The notes under the pieces: model-generated
The model's input: only the letters and a program-made list of their open reading frames with translations
Database searches by the model: none
Told to the model about the DNA's origin: nothing
In this document: in pieces, positions 12,455 to 25,689 of the stretch
How positions within the stretch are numbered: the stretch's first letter is position 1
Layout of the letters: each line of letters opens with the position of its first letter
Assembly (NCBI RefSeq): GCF_044704955.1
Contig: NC_091999.1
Coordinates: 10,354,001 to 10,418,000 of the forward strand
Length of the DNA: 64,000 nucleotides
Direction: 5' to 3'
Origin: Pristiophorus japonicus
Taxonomy: Eukaryota
Translations under genes and position numbers: made by a program

Positions 12455-13611
12455 CAGGAACAGATATACTCTCAATTAATCAGATCTGTGACCGAGATTG
12501 TGAACTAACAATGAGACTTAAACCAAAATATACAGACTAGTTTCGTCAAATGACGAATTTCTCTGCTGTAGACTCTGAAATTCTTTGTAAACTGCTTCTA
12601 ATGGTGAGTGAGCAGCTCTTTTAAATGGAACCTCCGGCACGGATACCAGAATAATATTAACTGCATCCCTTCACTGCCTCCACGACACATACTGACCTCG
12701 TTAAAAGGCAATATTGGGTTTAATTACCTGTTAAAGGATCAACATTGGCTTTAATCCCCAGGCACTTCTCTGTTGTAAATATTTTTTCACTGCTTTCCCT
12801 GCTGACGCTTTGCAGAACAATTGAGCTGTGAGCTGATTGGATGAATTGGAGAACAAAGCACAGTGAGCAGATTGGTTGACTTGGGGAACAAAGGGCTGTA
12901 AGATGATTGGATGAATTGGAGAACACAGAACAAGTGAGTTGATTGGATATCACCTGCGAACTTTGTCAAGAACGATCCAATCAGCAGAGAGGCCGGATAT
13001 TCGTCAACCTCTGCCGACTCTTGACGAAAAACAATTTCAGGTTCAACCCGTTCTGTTGAAATCCGCAAGCCAGCATGTTGGATGTTACTTTTTATTTGTT
13101 CGTCACATCTACAATTCTCTTAACTGGTAAGTTCACAATTTGCACAACACTGTGTTGCACATCTGCATTATCCATTATATTTAATCGGTCACTATCATGA
13201 ACAGAAGAATATCAATAGATTGATCTAAAGTGAAGATGAACATTAGGATTCTCCTTGACTCACCGCTGAGAACTGTTTGGGAAAACTTGCCAACATCTCC
13301 CAGTGAATGAAAGCGCTTGAGTTCAGATGAGATTACAGGCTAATGACAGGCAGATTCACCAGGCCCACCAGGGCGAATGACGGACTTTGACAGACACAGG
13401 GGTCTTAAACCCGCAGACCGTTTGGAGTTTTACCTTCACATCACAAGATATGAAGTTGAGGAACTGATCCCGCTGAAGGTTCATTGAAGGAAAATTTATT
13501 CAGTCGATGCAAGCACCTTCCATTTGCAGCCTTTGCGTTGTGTGGAAATATATTTCTGTTTAATTGCCCAGAGTTACTTCTCAGGCAAGTGTTGGGGGTG
13601 ACGGAATCATT

Positions 13612-13979
13612 ATGGGTGATAGACACAATGAAGTGACACTGTTTAATTTATTATCACTCTGGGCTCTTGCAGGACATTGTCGAGGAGACTCCGTTTCACA
13701 GACACCGGCTGTAACCAGAGTAAGTGAAGGAGACGATGTTCAGTTGCACTGTAATTACACAGCGACAAGCGGGGGCACTCCTAACCTATTCTGGTATCGT
13801 CAGTATCCCAGCGGATCAGTAGAATATCTGCTGCAGATTAACAAATATACCGAGCAAAATGAGAGACCTCCAGGGCACCGTTTTTCAGCGAAGCTGAATG
13901 ATTTGAGACGGACCGTCCAACTGAATATGTCTGAAACACAACTGACAGACTCCGCGGTGTATTATTGTGCACTGAGTCC
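13612..13979 (+). CDS. TCR alpha/delta V segment, intact V exon (13673-13979), leader uncertain
   Basis: GDSVSQTP..VQLHCNY..LFWYRQYP..DSAVYYCALSP; acceptor TTGCAG ending 13672; in-frame ATG at 13612. Confidence 0.88.
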
Positions 13980-14018
13980 CACAGAGACATGGTGCAGGGC
14001 TGGACCTGTACAACAACT
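13980..14018 (+). other. 23-RSS (non-consensus)
   Basis: CACAGAG-23-ACAACAACT directly after YYCALSP. Confidence 0.85.
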
Positions 14019-14189
14019 GTCAGAGCGTCACTCAACATATCAGCGCATCGGGGTAACATTGTGATCAGGGGCGAGTCTGAGATTGACACTGTATTTTTGA
14101 TCAGATATGTTACTATTAATTCTCATCTGTAGTCACGTTTACTCATAAACAATACAGCCTATTGGCACACAAGTGAAAGGGAAGGCAAG

Positions 14190-14600
14190 AAAGCAAGAAG
14201 AAAGACATTGCATTTATACAACATCTTTCATGACCTCGGGACGCCGAAAGCCTTTTACAATGATTCCACTCCATTTTAATAGTGTAGTCACTGTTGTAAT
14301 GTTGGAAACATGGCAGCCAATTCGGCGCATAGCAAGATCACACAAAGAGCAATATGTTTATGATAGTCTGGTTTAATGATGTTGATTAAGGGATAAATAT
14401 TGGACAGGATACAGGGGAGTACTCGTCTGCCCTTTTTCGAAATAGTAGCTTTGGGTTATTTTACAAATACCTGAGAGAGCAGACGGCATTAACATCTCAT
14501 GCGAAATTATTCTGCATTCCCGCACTTCTGCATTGAAGTATCAGCCTCGATGATGTGCTCAAGTCTCTGGACTGAGCCATGAAGCCTCAACAGCTAACAC
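14190..14600 (-). mobile_element. SINE copy
   Basis: Similar to 32790-33240 and (inverted) 55300-55600; shared GTAGTCACTGTTGTAATGT and ACCTGAGAGAGCAGACGG cores. Confidence 0.65.
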
Positions 14601-15263
14601 CAAACACTTGCAGATTCGACCTTGTTTAGTAACTCTAGCACATCGATATCTTTATTAATAATAAATATTATACATATATGTATATAATATATATATACAG
14701 AGATGCAGATCGATAGGCGAAATTACATTATAGAGGGAACTGGCTGATAACTGATACAGAGATGTAAAACGGCCTCTATGGGCGTCGGTTCCTGTCAATG
14801 AACAGGGCGACAAGTTTGTATCAGGGTTACCTCAATGCAACGACACACAGAAAGGAATCACTGGAATCGGGAAATGCAAACATGAATGTTACAGGAGAAT
14901 GAAGCTAATGCTCTCGATGAATCGTCACAGGCCAGCATAAAATAAACCAACACTCAATAAAGTCATTGGCTCAGGTCTGGTGAATACAATCACACAATTT
15001 AGCAATGCTCAAGTTTTCCTCACAATAAAGTCTGCACTCATTGAGCGACTGGCTCCACAGGTCGATTCTTTAGGCTGTGGCTGACAATATCTCTGATCAA
15101 ATCCACTATGAACTTGGAATGATAGAGACAAGCCTTACGGTAACACTGCCTGTGGCAGCCCCGCCCACAGCTTCCGTTTGCTGCTCTCGTTGTGACCCGC
15201 CTTGCCTGACCTGTGTTTTTGGTGAGATTGCTGCAGCTGTTACGGAACTGTAAACAGGATGGA

Positions 15264-15701
15264 GGTTTCTGTAAAGTGACTGCTGCATTTCCTCTCAGTA
15301 TCGCATAATAATACACAGCGGTGTTCGAGCTCTCCGAGCTCTCAATGACCAATTGGCAGCGTTTGTCACCAGTGGAAAGATCCAATTCAATCGGGCTGTG
15401 CTTCCTTTGCCATGCGATGCTCGCATTTTTACCCACTCGATTCGCTGACTAGATTTCTGTTTGTACTAGTGCATGGCGTAAATGCTGGACATGTCATAGC
15501 TGCAGTTTATCAACATTGATTCACCCCTTCAGAATGTTATCGCAGCGGGAGAATGCAGCAATTGGTCCGAGAGACATCGACCTGTAAAAATATTCAGATG
15601 ATAAAAAACTGGAGCAAAGCAAATAAAAACACTGTGGGTTATTGACCTCAGTTCCTGTACCTACTTCTTAGGAGCAGCAGAATAACGAGTAATAGCTGCA
15701 C
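15264..15701 (-). pseudogene. TCR V pseudogene (leader relic 15665-15701, V exon from 15581)
   Basis: QLLLVILLLLR leader relic; SMLINCSYD..H*YKQ..NTAVYYYA; stops; nonamer ACAGAAACC with lost heptamer. Confidence 0.8.
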
Positions 15702-15769
15702 TTGTACCGAGTAATACATCGTTGGGAATATAATGTGAAGAATAACGCGGCTCAATGCTCGACTTAGAA

Positions 15770-17960
15770 GAATCCGAACCGAATCAGAGAACTGCAGGTA
15801 TCCCATTCATGAAAGTGAGACAAGGGTTACAGCAATGGAAGGCAGAAGGGCCTGAGTGGACAAATCCCGTGAGTTGTCGCATAAAAGGAGCAGGACCACG
15901 TGGTGCCTGGATCAAGACCAATCAGTTGATAGAGAACAGGGATAGACTGGGAAAGAGTTGGAAAAGTTAAAAGAAAAATTGAAAAATGAGGAAAGAGAAG
16001 CTCGAGTCACAGTCAGGAATGATACCTCGGTTCAGTTGCTGAGGTTGGGATAGATTCCGCAGGTGAGGGAGGATACTTATCGGGATGCCGCTCCTCGACT
16101 GCACATGTCGTTTCTTTCAGACCCTTACTTCAGGATAGGGGTGGCCATGCCCTTATCCAGGCATGTGTGGGTGCCAGCGGGTGGGCAGCGGGTGATTGAC
16201 ACAGGGTCTGTCAGACAAATGAAGGTTGAGATGCTCCTGGAGGAAGGGGATTCCCATCTTCAGAAGCGGTGTGCCATCACCCCAGTTCCACAAAGAGCAG
16301 TTACTGAACAGTCGGAGATGAAAGCAGTGGGAGAAGCTTGTTCAGAAGCATTTAAAGTTTGTGCAGTAAATGGCTGTCTCAGAACTGATGAGATGTTCAG
16401 TGAAAAGCTCAAATGTGGAAGTTTCAATCATGCTCTTAAAGGACGCGAAATAGAAGTTTGAGCGTTGCAAATGTCAAGAGAGGAAATTACAGAAGCTTCG
16501 AAGGGTGAACTGAGAGAAGGACTGGGACTCTCGACTGACTATTCAGTATTTCCGTCATCCTTTACTCTGTGTTGTTACACTTCTCCCACAAAGCAGAGAA
16601 AATTGTTAAAAACTGTGCAAGGGCAACAGACTTGGTCGAAGACACCGATTGCGTGTTTACATTTCTGAATGTAAACAGCATGGAATTCAGTCGAAAACAT
16701 CAAAAATTGAAAGTTGACGTTTAATTGAAAATGGATATGGTGATCACAGACCACCGGACTTTAAAATGGCATACTGATAATTTGAATGTACAGCAACCCT
16801 ACTTTGACCCCAATCGTGCTGCTATTTGGAAGAAGGAAATTTGGAAATTGAGTACAAGATTTCAACAGCTAAAGAGTTTGAATCAGGGAATCGTTGTGGA
16901 CATTAACCATCACAGTACTCACATCGAGAACGTTCGCTCAACTTTGGACCAGCTTGGACATGTAAGCTGGTGGGAGTTATTGTTGGATGGCGCCCAATGC
17001 CAACAGGCGCAATGGACACAATGATACACCCTGACTTTATGCTGGTGCTGTTTCAGCTGATCGTGCTGGTCATTTTGATTTAATGCTGATGGTTGTTGTG
17101 AAAAACAAGGACTTCAACTGTACAATGCCTTTGACGAGCTCCAGCGATCAGGCAAATGTATGTTACCCAGATAAGACCTACAGAGAGGCGAGGAGAAGAA
17201 GTGGGGGAATGTGAGATCGCAGTCCGGCATTTCTGAATTCTTTGCTTCAGCACGCGGTCTGAAGTTTGGAGCAAAAAACAAGAAGATTGGAAGTTTGGAT
17301 TGAAAAAAGACTGTTAGACAATGTGGTGCCTTCCAGGCAGTGAGATGAGTGACTGGTCATGGTCTGTGTGTTAAATATTTGAGTACCTTGTTACGGTGCG
17401 AATAATGGAAACTCATGACTAATGGATTTGTTGAAGTCTGTATGTTATATTTGAGATAATTGTTTTACTATGCGAGGAAACGATTCTCTATGTTCTGTAC
17501 TTTATTGTAACTTTTTAAATATTTAATGACATCTGCAAGTGAAACAAGCAATGTTAAGTATGTGAGTACTTTGTTACGATGGGAATAATAGTGTGTATGA
17601 TAAACGATTCAGAAAGCTGTTAGTCTTGATTGTCTAAATGCAAAGAATAATAATTCAAAGGCTTTTTCGATATAAAAGATTGAACCGGCTTTTGTCACAC
17701 AGACACATGAATTGTAGAGACTCTTATGGACTGCAGAGACACTTATGGAATGTAGAGACACTTGGACTCGAGAGACATTGGAATCTTGAAAGTTGTGTAA
17801 TTCTGGAAGATCTGCCTTTGCAAGTAGAGTTGTTGGCCAGTGAATATCTGAATGTTTAAATAAAGATCCAGCATTCAATGCAACTGAGTGTGTGTGGGTA
17901 ATTCGACATTGAAAGCAATGGAAGGGAAAAGAGTAAGACCGCTGTTTACAACACCCCACA
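15770..17960 (+). mobile_element. Old ERV/LTR-element remnant: env-like fragment, PPT, 3' LTR (~17210-17960)
   Basis: Heptad-like stretch plus HVSWWELL and a frameshifted hydrophobic TM-like run (~16850-17100); purine tract 17182-17209 then TGTGAG; AATAAA ~17859; ends CCCACA. 5' boundary uncertain. Confidence 0.55.
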
Positions 17961-19149
17961 GCAGTAACAGCTAATATCCAGCCTTAACTTTTGAAGTCGG
18001 GCTATCGAGCTCTGTTATAATTAAAGGGTTAAGAATGGATCTTCGAACGAAAACGAGCTGACATAGGCTTTTGTAGTGGTCAATTTCCTAAAGGTGTTTA
18101 AAGGGAAATAACATATCAAAATGATTAACTGTTACAAACTGTGTAAACCGAGGACAATTGCAGGAGGACAAACTGTTGACCCACAGGAAGCCCAGAGGGG
18201 CAGCTAAACAAGGCAAGGGGTCAAAAGTGCCAAAAAGGAAAACCGCCATCTGGTCACGACAAGAAAGATAAGAAAACATTCCAATGTACTATTGAACTTT
18301 TGGGATACAATGAGGTTTCTGGAAAAGTACTGGAGATATGCGTGGTCAGGATTGTATCTTTAATTTGAGTGACGAGGGTGTTGAACATTTAAATCTATGT
18401 ATGTCTCATGTATTGAATGCCCGGCCATTATAGGCCGAGAAACTGTAGAAAAAACCGATGTTTTCTTTGTTCAGCGAGAGCAATTGAGCACAGCTCAGCA
18501 ACAGGTTGACTGCAGACATGACTTCACTTGCAAGCAAATTAAAGGCTGCTTGAATCTTCCAATCCAGATCTGGTGTTGAGTGTTAATCTTAAATACTACA
18601 TTACACTTTACAGAGCAGACAGCAGCAATGGGGCTACTGTGCGGGAGCTGTGCTCCCTGCTGGCAGCAGCAGAATAATTACGCTTCTCTGGGAGGCATTT
18701 CTGACACCCGAGCTGGATTACAGTCTCTGTCCTTTTAGGAGAATGGTTCCACTATAGAACGGGGAAGAAAGGAACATATTGTCTGGTTATTAACATCCGA
18801 AATTTGAAGAATTGTTATTAGTTTGGTTTATTCTGAGGTCGATTCATTGCCGATATTTCTGTTATCTTTACTGTCAGGACGCTGTTAACTGTGACTCCAA
18901 TGACCAATTCCTCACAGTCAGTTAACGAGCGAACTAACAATGATTAATAGGAACACTCCCTGTAATTTAAACAGCGTTTGAAGCACCGTCCCCTTCTGTG
19001 GTTTGCATTTAAAATGCTGATCAAATTCTATCTGATGAGTCCTGATCTGTATGTCGGTAATGACTTATTTAAAGGTCCATAAACATCAGAACTTTGAATT
19101 GTCATGACAAGAACGGAGTGAACAACCAAGCGGAGCTTTTCAGCAAATT

Positions 19150-19880
19150 AACGTAAATCTGATAAAGCTGTAGCATGACTTCTTTGCTTTTATATTCCAC
19201 CCCCTGGCAGTAAAGGCCAACATTCCATTTTCCTTCCTAATTCTCTGCTGTACCTGCATACTAACTTTTTCTGTTTCATGCACAAGGACCCCCAGGTCCC
19301 ACTGTACTGATTTGAATCCTTGTGCATGAAACAGAAAAGTTAGTTTGCAGGTACAGTAATTAATTAGGAAGTCAAATGGAAGGGTGGCTTTTAATTCAAG
19401 GGGAATAGAGTATAAAAGCAGGGAAGTCCTGCTACAACTGTACAGGGTTTGGTGAGGCCACACCGGCGTACTGCGTACAGTTTTGGTCTCCTTTTTCATG
19501 GAAGGATATATTTGGATTGGAGGCAACACAAAGAAGGTTCACTAGATTAATTCTGGCGATTAGGGTGTTCACTTCTGAAGAAAGGATGAGCTGGTTGTTC
19601 CTATACTCATTAGAGTTTAGAAGAATGAGACGTGATTTTATTGCAGAGGGTTGTACATCTGTGGAATTCTCTGCCCCGGAGAGCTGTGGATGCATGGTCA
19701 TTAATCATATTTAAGATGGAGATAGACAGAATTTTGAACGATAAGGGAGTGAAAGGTTATGGGGAGCGGACAGGGATGTCGATTTGAGCCCATGATCAGA
19801 TTAGCCATGATGTTATTACATTGGTGGAGCAGGCTCAAAGGGCCAAATGGCCTACTCCTGATCCAAATTCTTATGTTCTT
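19150..19880 (+). mobile_element. CR1 3' fragment with inverted (fold-back) 5' portion
   Basis: EATQRRFTRLI on plus; DLGVLVHE..QVQQ on minus at 19150-19310. Confidence 0.8.
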
Positions 19881-20337
19881 AAATAAAGAATCTGTGCGCC
19901 TCCAGAAATTTCGGATCGTTTGTAGATTATGTTCTATTTCTCACTGTCTTTCAGCCATTGGTTTTAATCCTCCTAAGTAATGAAGATGACGGCAAGTATT
20001 GATTGATTTAATAAATCTGAAAATCATCAACGATAACACTAACGGAGCCCTTAGAGAGGCGGCGTTATATAATTTTCCAAAGGGATCATTATTATTGAAT
20101 TCTGACCTCTCAAGTGGATCCTACGTGTGACAACACTGCCCGCGGCAGGCCCGCCCACAGCTTCCGTTTGCTGCTCTCGCTCTGACCGGCCTTGCCTGCC
20201 CTGTGTTATTGGAGAGATTGTTGCCGCTGTTCCCTGTTTGGCATTTGTTGGGTGAGCAGTGCAGTGGAGCTCGGATTAGTATTTCTGCTCCGACTGAGGA
20301 TTTCCCGGACTGCAGTGTTATATACTCAGGGACCATC

Positions 20338-20803
20338 ATGCTGGACTCCTCAGCATAATATCACTTCTCAGTAAGCTTTGCTTTCCCAGTTATAGTCCAT
20401 TCTCCCCCTTATTGCTGTAATCCAGGTGTTGTTTGTTGTAAAATGATGACGCTGATGATGGTGACTATTACAATTATTTGTGTTAGGATTGAGCCACCAT
20501 GACACAGTGGAACAGCCGATCGGTGCGATGACGGTTGAAGAGGAAAGTGATGCCACACTAATCTGCACATTGAAAACAAGAGATACGAAGCTTACATCAG
20601 TAATATAATGCGAATGCTGGAATCCAAAATCTCAGCGGGCAGGCAGCATCTATGGAGAGAAACAGATTTAATGTCTCGGGTCTATGACACTTCGTCAAAA
20701 TTGGAAAATGTCAAGATGAAACTGATCCTACGCCTTATGATTTCTCGTACATTCAGTACCTCGGGCAGCCTCCACAGTATTTGTTTTATTTCCATGGAGG
20801 GAT
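20338..20803 (+). pseudogene. TCR V pseudogene, paralog of the 4908 V, disrupted by insertions
   Basis: Same promoter block as 4700-4900; shortened leader; HDTVEQP..EEESDATLIC (20487-20597), ~125-bp insertion, then PYDFSYIQYLGQPPQYL; cut by a LINE at ~20805. Confidence 0.8.
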
Positions 20804-20804
20804 A

Positions 20805-21972
20805 GTCTTGAACGTGTTGTCGCCTCCAAAATTGGTGAAAATCTTTCCCGCAACTCCTTGTTTGAATCGATCCAATCTGGTTTCCACCCCTGCTGCCGTG
20901 CCAGAATAGCTCTCATCAAAGACAGAAATTACATCCTTTGTGACTGACCCTCCTCACCCTTCTTGACTTGTCTGCAACCTTTGATGCGGATGATCACACT
21001 ATCCGTCTCCAACGCCTCTCCAAGTATGTCCAGCTGGGAGGGACTTCAATCTCCGGGTCCCATTTTCATCTATTTCATAGTAGCCAGTGAATCACCAGCA
21101 ATGGCTGCACTTCCCCCTCCCGCATCGTTACCTCTGGTGTCCTCCAAAGATTTATCTTTGCCCTTTCCTATTTCTCATCTGCATTCTACCACTTAGCGAC
21201 ATTATCCAAAAGCATAGCGTCTCTTTCCACATATATGCTGACGATGCACAGGTATAACTCATCGCCACTTCTCTCGACTCCTCCACAGTCTCTAACTTGT
21301 CAGACTGCTTGTCCGATATCCAGCAGTAGATGAGTAGAAATGTCTCCAATTCAATATTGGGAAGAACAAAACCATTGTTTTCGTTCCCCGCCACAATCTG
21401 AGTTCGCTGGCCACTGACAGCTGCCGTCCCACCCCTACATTGTAGCCGACATAAACTTGAGGTCATCCAACCTGGCTTCCCGTATCCTAACTCGCACCAA
21501 GTCCCGTTCGACCATCACCCCTGTGCTCGCTAACCTACATTAGCTCCCGGTTAAGCAACGCCTGTATTTCAAAATTATCATCCTTGTTTTCAAATCCCTC
21601 CATGGCATCGCAGCTCCCTATCTATGTAATCCGCTCTGGCCCCACTTTCCCTTCGAAATTCCAGTGCTTCTCTGCTTCTGCCCTCTTGATCCTTCTTGCA
21701 GATAATCGCTCAACCATTTGTGGCTGTGCCTTCAGTTGCCTAGGCCGTAAGCTCAGGAACTCCCTGCCTAAATGGAACAGTCCCTTTACCTCTTGTTCCT
21801 CCTTTAAAACAATCCTTAAAATGTACTTTTTGAACAAGCTGTTGGTCATCTGCCCGAATTACTCGTTAATTAACTCAGAATCAAATGTTTGTCTTATAAC
21901 AGCAGCAAGAAGCGCCTTGAAATATTTTGCTACATTCATGGCGCTGTATAAATAAAAGTTGTTGTTGTTGTT
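20805..21972 (+). mobile_element. Decayed L2/CR1-group LINE 3' part
   Basis: QSGFHP, FHIYADDAQV, ITPVLANLH*LPV-type RT remnants; (GTT)n tail. Confidence 0.7.
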
Positions 21973-22932
21973 GATATCGCCGACAGTACGAATTCCAACT
22001 AATGTTCAGCAGATGTCGCTATCATGCTGCTTAACAGCAGAAATAATTCAGCCTATGCAGTGCTTCGCAAGGAACTTCTTTGAAGGGCAACAAATCACAC
22101 AAGACTCAACAAGACCAGGTGAGGTCCACTGGCAGAATTATATTAGTTGGTGATTTTAATTCCCGTTAATAATAAAATATAATAATGACAGCTCAGTCAC
22201 AAGTTTCAAATGGCAGATTTACATTAAGTAATCTGACAGTATATTGGATAGGTGGGAATCATGAGACAAATCTCCATCCTCTGCATGTGGCAGGTAATTA
22301 AATTCGACATTTCTGTGGTTTCATACCTGATAAATTGCAATATCCACATTGACACCTGGGTGTCCCTGGGCAAAGACCGCCCTCAGTGGAGGAAGTGCAT
22401 CTGGCAGGGTGCTGAGCTCCTCGAGGCTCGTCGCCAAGAGCATGCAGAGACCAAGCGCTGGCAGCGTAAGGAACGTGCAGAAAACCAGACTCCCTGCCTA
22501 CCCTTTCCTTCAACCACTGCCTGTCCCAACTGTGACAGAGATTTTGTTTCTCGTATTGGACTGTCTAGCCACCTAAGCACTCATGCTAAGAGTGGAAGCA
22601 AGTCTTCCTCGATTCCGAGGAACTGCCTATGATGATTATGAAATGAGCTTCAATCAAATGGTTTCCCTGAGAAATGTACAAACTTAGTGAATCAGCACGA
22701 GTTAAACTGGAGTGGACCATATATGTTTATCGACATCTGTGTTTAAATATCGCCGCAATACATCTCCAATCAATGGGCGCTGGAGGCTGCTCCATAGATG
22801 CATTGACTGTGATTGAATTCAGTCTCTGAACAGTGTAAAATGTCCTATCAAAACCGCCAGAATGATCCATAGTCACATGTTTCTCTCTGCTCCCTCGGGA
22901 CTCTGTTTATGTCTGATCTACAAAGTGCCAGG

Positions 22933-23276
22933 AGTTTCTATACGAGAGTTCAACGGGTTTCCATCATCGGGAGACTCAGAGCACAGTAATAAACTACTGT
23001 GTCGGTCAGCTGCATCCTCGAGATGGTTAATAGTGAATTTATTCGTGGTTCAGGAGCTTTGATGTGAAGCGGGTTTCAGCAAATGCTGCTTTAGCTTCAT
23101 AACCGCTCGGGGTTTTCATCAGAATAAATTCGGGCTGTGTGTCCAGGAATTGCCGGTACCAGTATATATAATAGCCTCTTGCGCAGTATCATAGATGCAG
23201 CTTAAAGTCATTGTTTCTCCTTCTGTCTTAACTCCTGAAGACAGTGGCTGAGTGACAGAATCTCCATGACTCACAT
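22933..23276 (-). pseudogene. TCR V pseudogene (not represented in the ORF track)
   Basis: HGDSVTQPLSSGVKTEGETMTLSCIY../YWYRQFLDTQPEFIL../QLTDTVVYYCALS; frameshifts; CCCGATG-23-ATAGAAACT. Confidence 0.85.
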
Positions 23277-24197
23277 CTGAAAAATATGTTCAATAGGAGA
23301 GATACGATGTTTAAAATTCAGATTTAAACCATATCATAAATGGAATGAAAGAAGAAGTGTGTTCGATCCACAATTACCTATCAAAAATGCCCCACATGCA
23401 ACCCAGGTGCTAAGGAGCCACATTGTCACTGTATGTTCCGTAAAGTGGTGGTTGGATATTTGCAGACACCCATTAGAATCCCCAGCCTCAATAATCTGCC
23501 ATCATGTCTCAGGCTGCTCTCATCTCATTTCCTTGTGTTTCCAGTTGTGCTGTGAGCTGCCTGCTCGTGAATGGAATCAACCAGAACTGGACTACTGTCA
23601 ATGTATTATACGGGAATACTTCAGTTTTTAGAGACTTGAGTTGGAAATGAAATTGTTGTCTGGCTATTGTAACCCGGAAGCTGAGGGTTAATGCTGGAAG
23701 AAAATATTCTAGAATTTAACAAACAATCAGAAGGGCAGTGGAAAAGTAGGAACTCTGTGATTGGAACTTGTTTGGAATTGCAAAGTCATTACCTTGTGAA
23801 CTCTGTGCCTTGCGTATGAACTGTCTCTGACCCAGCAACATATTCTGTTCAATTAACCCTGTGTGCAGGCCGCGATCAAAGGGTCTGGAACACTAACAGC
23901 GCTGCTTAAAAAGGGCTGCACAATATTGCAGGCAGGCACAAGTTAAGGTGCCACAGATGGATTTGTGATAATTGCGCGTTGCACTCACTAACTAACGTCA
24001 TGCCTGAAGAGCACCTCACCTGCTCTGGTTGCGTGCTGTTTTATGTTGCAAGTTTAAGAATTTCCCCGCTACTCTCAGGTTGAATTATTGAATCTGTTCA
24101 TCCAGGTGAGAATAGAAGGTCGGATCATATTGGCAGCATTTTCGTGATGGCACTGGTTGAGCTGCTACTGATGTCTATTGCAATTGCTAAATTGTGG

Positions 24198-25182
24198 AAT
24201 GTGTTCCCTCTGCTGGTGTGAATGCTCCTGATGGCTATTTTATAACACGTAATTAGTACAATATGTTCCCGATGCTTGTGTGTATGCTCCTTATGGTCGT
24301 TGTAATAGGCAATAAGTAAAATGAGTTCCTTCTGGTGTGAATGCTCCTGATGGTTATTGTAATAGGTAATGAGTAAAGTCCGTTCCCCATGCTGGTGTGA
24401 ATGCTCCTGATGGCTATTTTATAATACGTAATTAGTACAATATGTTCCCGATGCTTGTGTGTATGCTCCTTATGGTCGTTGTAATAGGCAATAAGTAAAA
24501 TGAGTTCCTTCTGGTGTGAATGCTCCTGATGGTTATTGTAATAGGTAATGAGTAAAGTCCGTTCCCCATGCTGGTGTGAATGCTCCTGATGGCCATTGTA
24601 CAATGGATAATTATTAAAATGTGTTCCTCATGCTGGTGTGTATGCTCCTGATGGTCATTGTAATAGCTAATTAGTAAAATGAGTTCCCTCTGCTGGTATG
24701 TATGCTCCTTATGGTCATTGTAATAGGTAATCAGTAAAATGTGTTCCCTATGCTGGTGTTTATGCTCCTGATGGTCATTGTAATCGGTAATTAGTAAAAT
24801 GAGTTCCATATGCTGGTGTGTCTGCTGCTGATGGTCATTGTAATAGGTAATTAATAACATATGTTCCCTTCAAGTGTGAATGCTCCTGATGGTCATTGTA
24901 ATAGGTAATGAGTAAAATGTGTTCCCTCTACTGGTGTGAATGTACATGACATCCATTGTAATAGGCAATTCGTGAAATGCGTTCCCTCTGCTGGTGTGAA
25001 TGCACATGATATCCATTGTGATAGGTAATAAGTAAAATGTGTTCCCTATGAAGTATGAATGCTCATGATGGCCATTGGAAAATAGGAAATTCGTAAAATG
25101 TGTTCCCTATGCTGGTGTGTATGCTGCTGATGTCCATTGCAATAGGTATGTTGTGCTATATATTCCCTATGCTGGTGTGAAT
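24198..25182. repeat. Minisatellite, ~60-bp unit, ~16 copies, with an internal 179-bp higher-order duplication
   Basis: Consensus ~AATGTGTTCCCT(C/A)TGCTGGTGTGAATGCTCCTGATGGTCATTGTAATAGGTAATTAGTAA. Confidence 0.93.
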
Positions 25183-25232
25183 TTTCCTAATTAAGAACGG
25201 GACTAACTAATGATTTAAATACTTTTACGCAG

Positions 25233-25573
25233 GTAATATCCAATGCAGTTCGGTGATGCAGCCTCAATATGAGCTGCAGGTATATCAAGGAGATAAGTCT
25301 CAATTGAACTGCAATTACAACACCAGTTCGGACGATCCGAATCGTTACTGATACCAGCTGTACTCGAACTAGGTTTTGCAGTTTATTTTGTACCGTGATA
25401 ACACTAGGGGAATGATTGCATGTTTTGTGAAAGGAAAATTCGATGCTCATCATTTCAATCGATATCAAGTTTCCCTTTGTCAATTTCTTCAGCAGAGACT
25501 GAAGACAAACTGGTCTATTGCTGCGGACTGAGGATCACGGGGCTTCAAAACTGCTCGACTCTGAGCAAAAATC
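25233..25573 (+). pseudogene. TCR V pseudogene, same family as the 29509 V
   Basis: SSVMQPQ..LNCNYNT..Y*YQ..FILYRDN..FPLSISSAETEDKLVYCCGLR; CACGGGG-22-GCAAAAATC; no leader seen. Confidence 0.87.
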
Positions 25574-25689
25574 TTACCAAACCACAGTCCATCCCAAGAG
25601 CTAATTAAACACATCTGTCATCGAGCGAGTCAAGAAAAAACTATTTGTCATTGAGGGAATAATGAAAATAGATCTCGCATTTTTACACG

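Noticed and set aside
24198-25182. CRISPR-like array or His-rich repeat protein ORFs
   Set aside because: No unique spacers, vertebrate context; the ORFs are by-products of a minisatellite.
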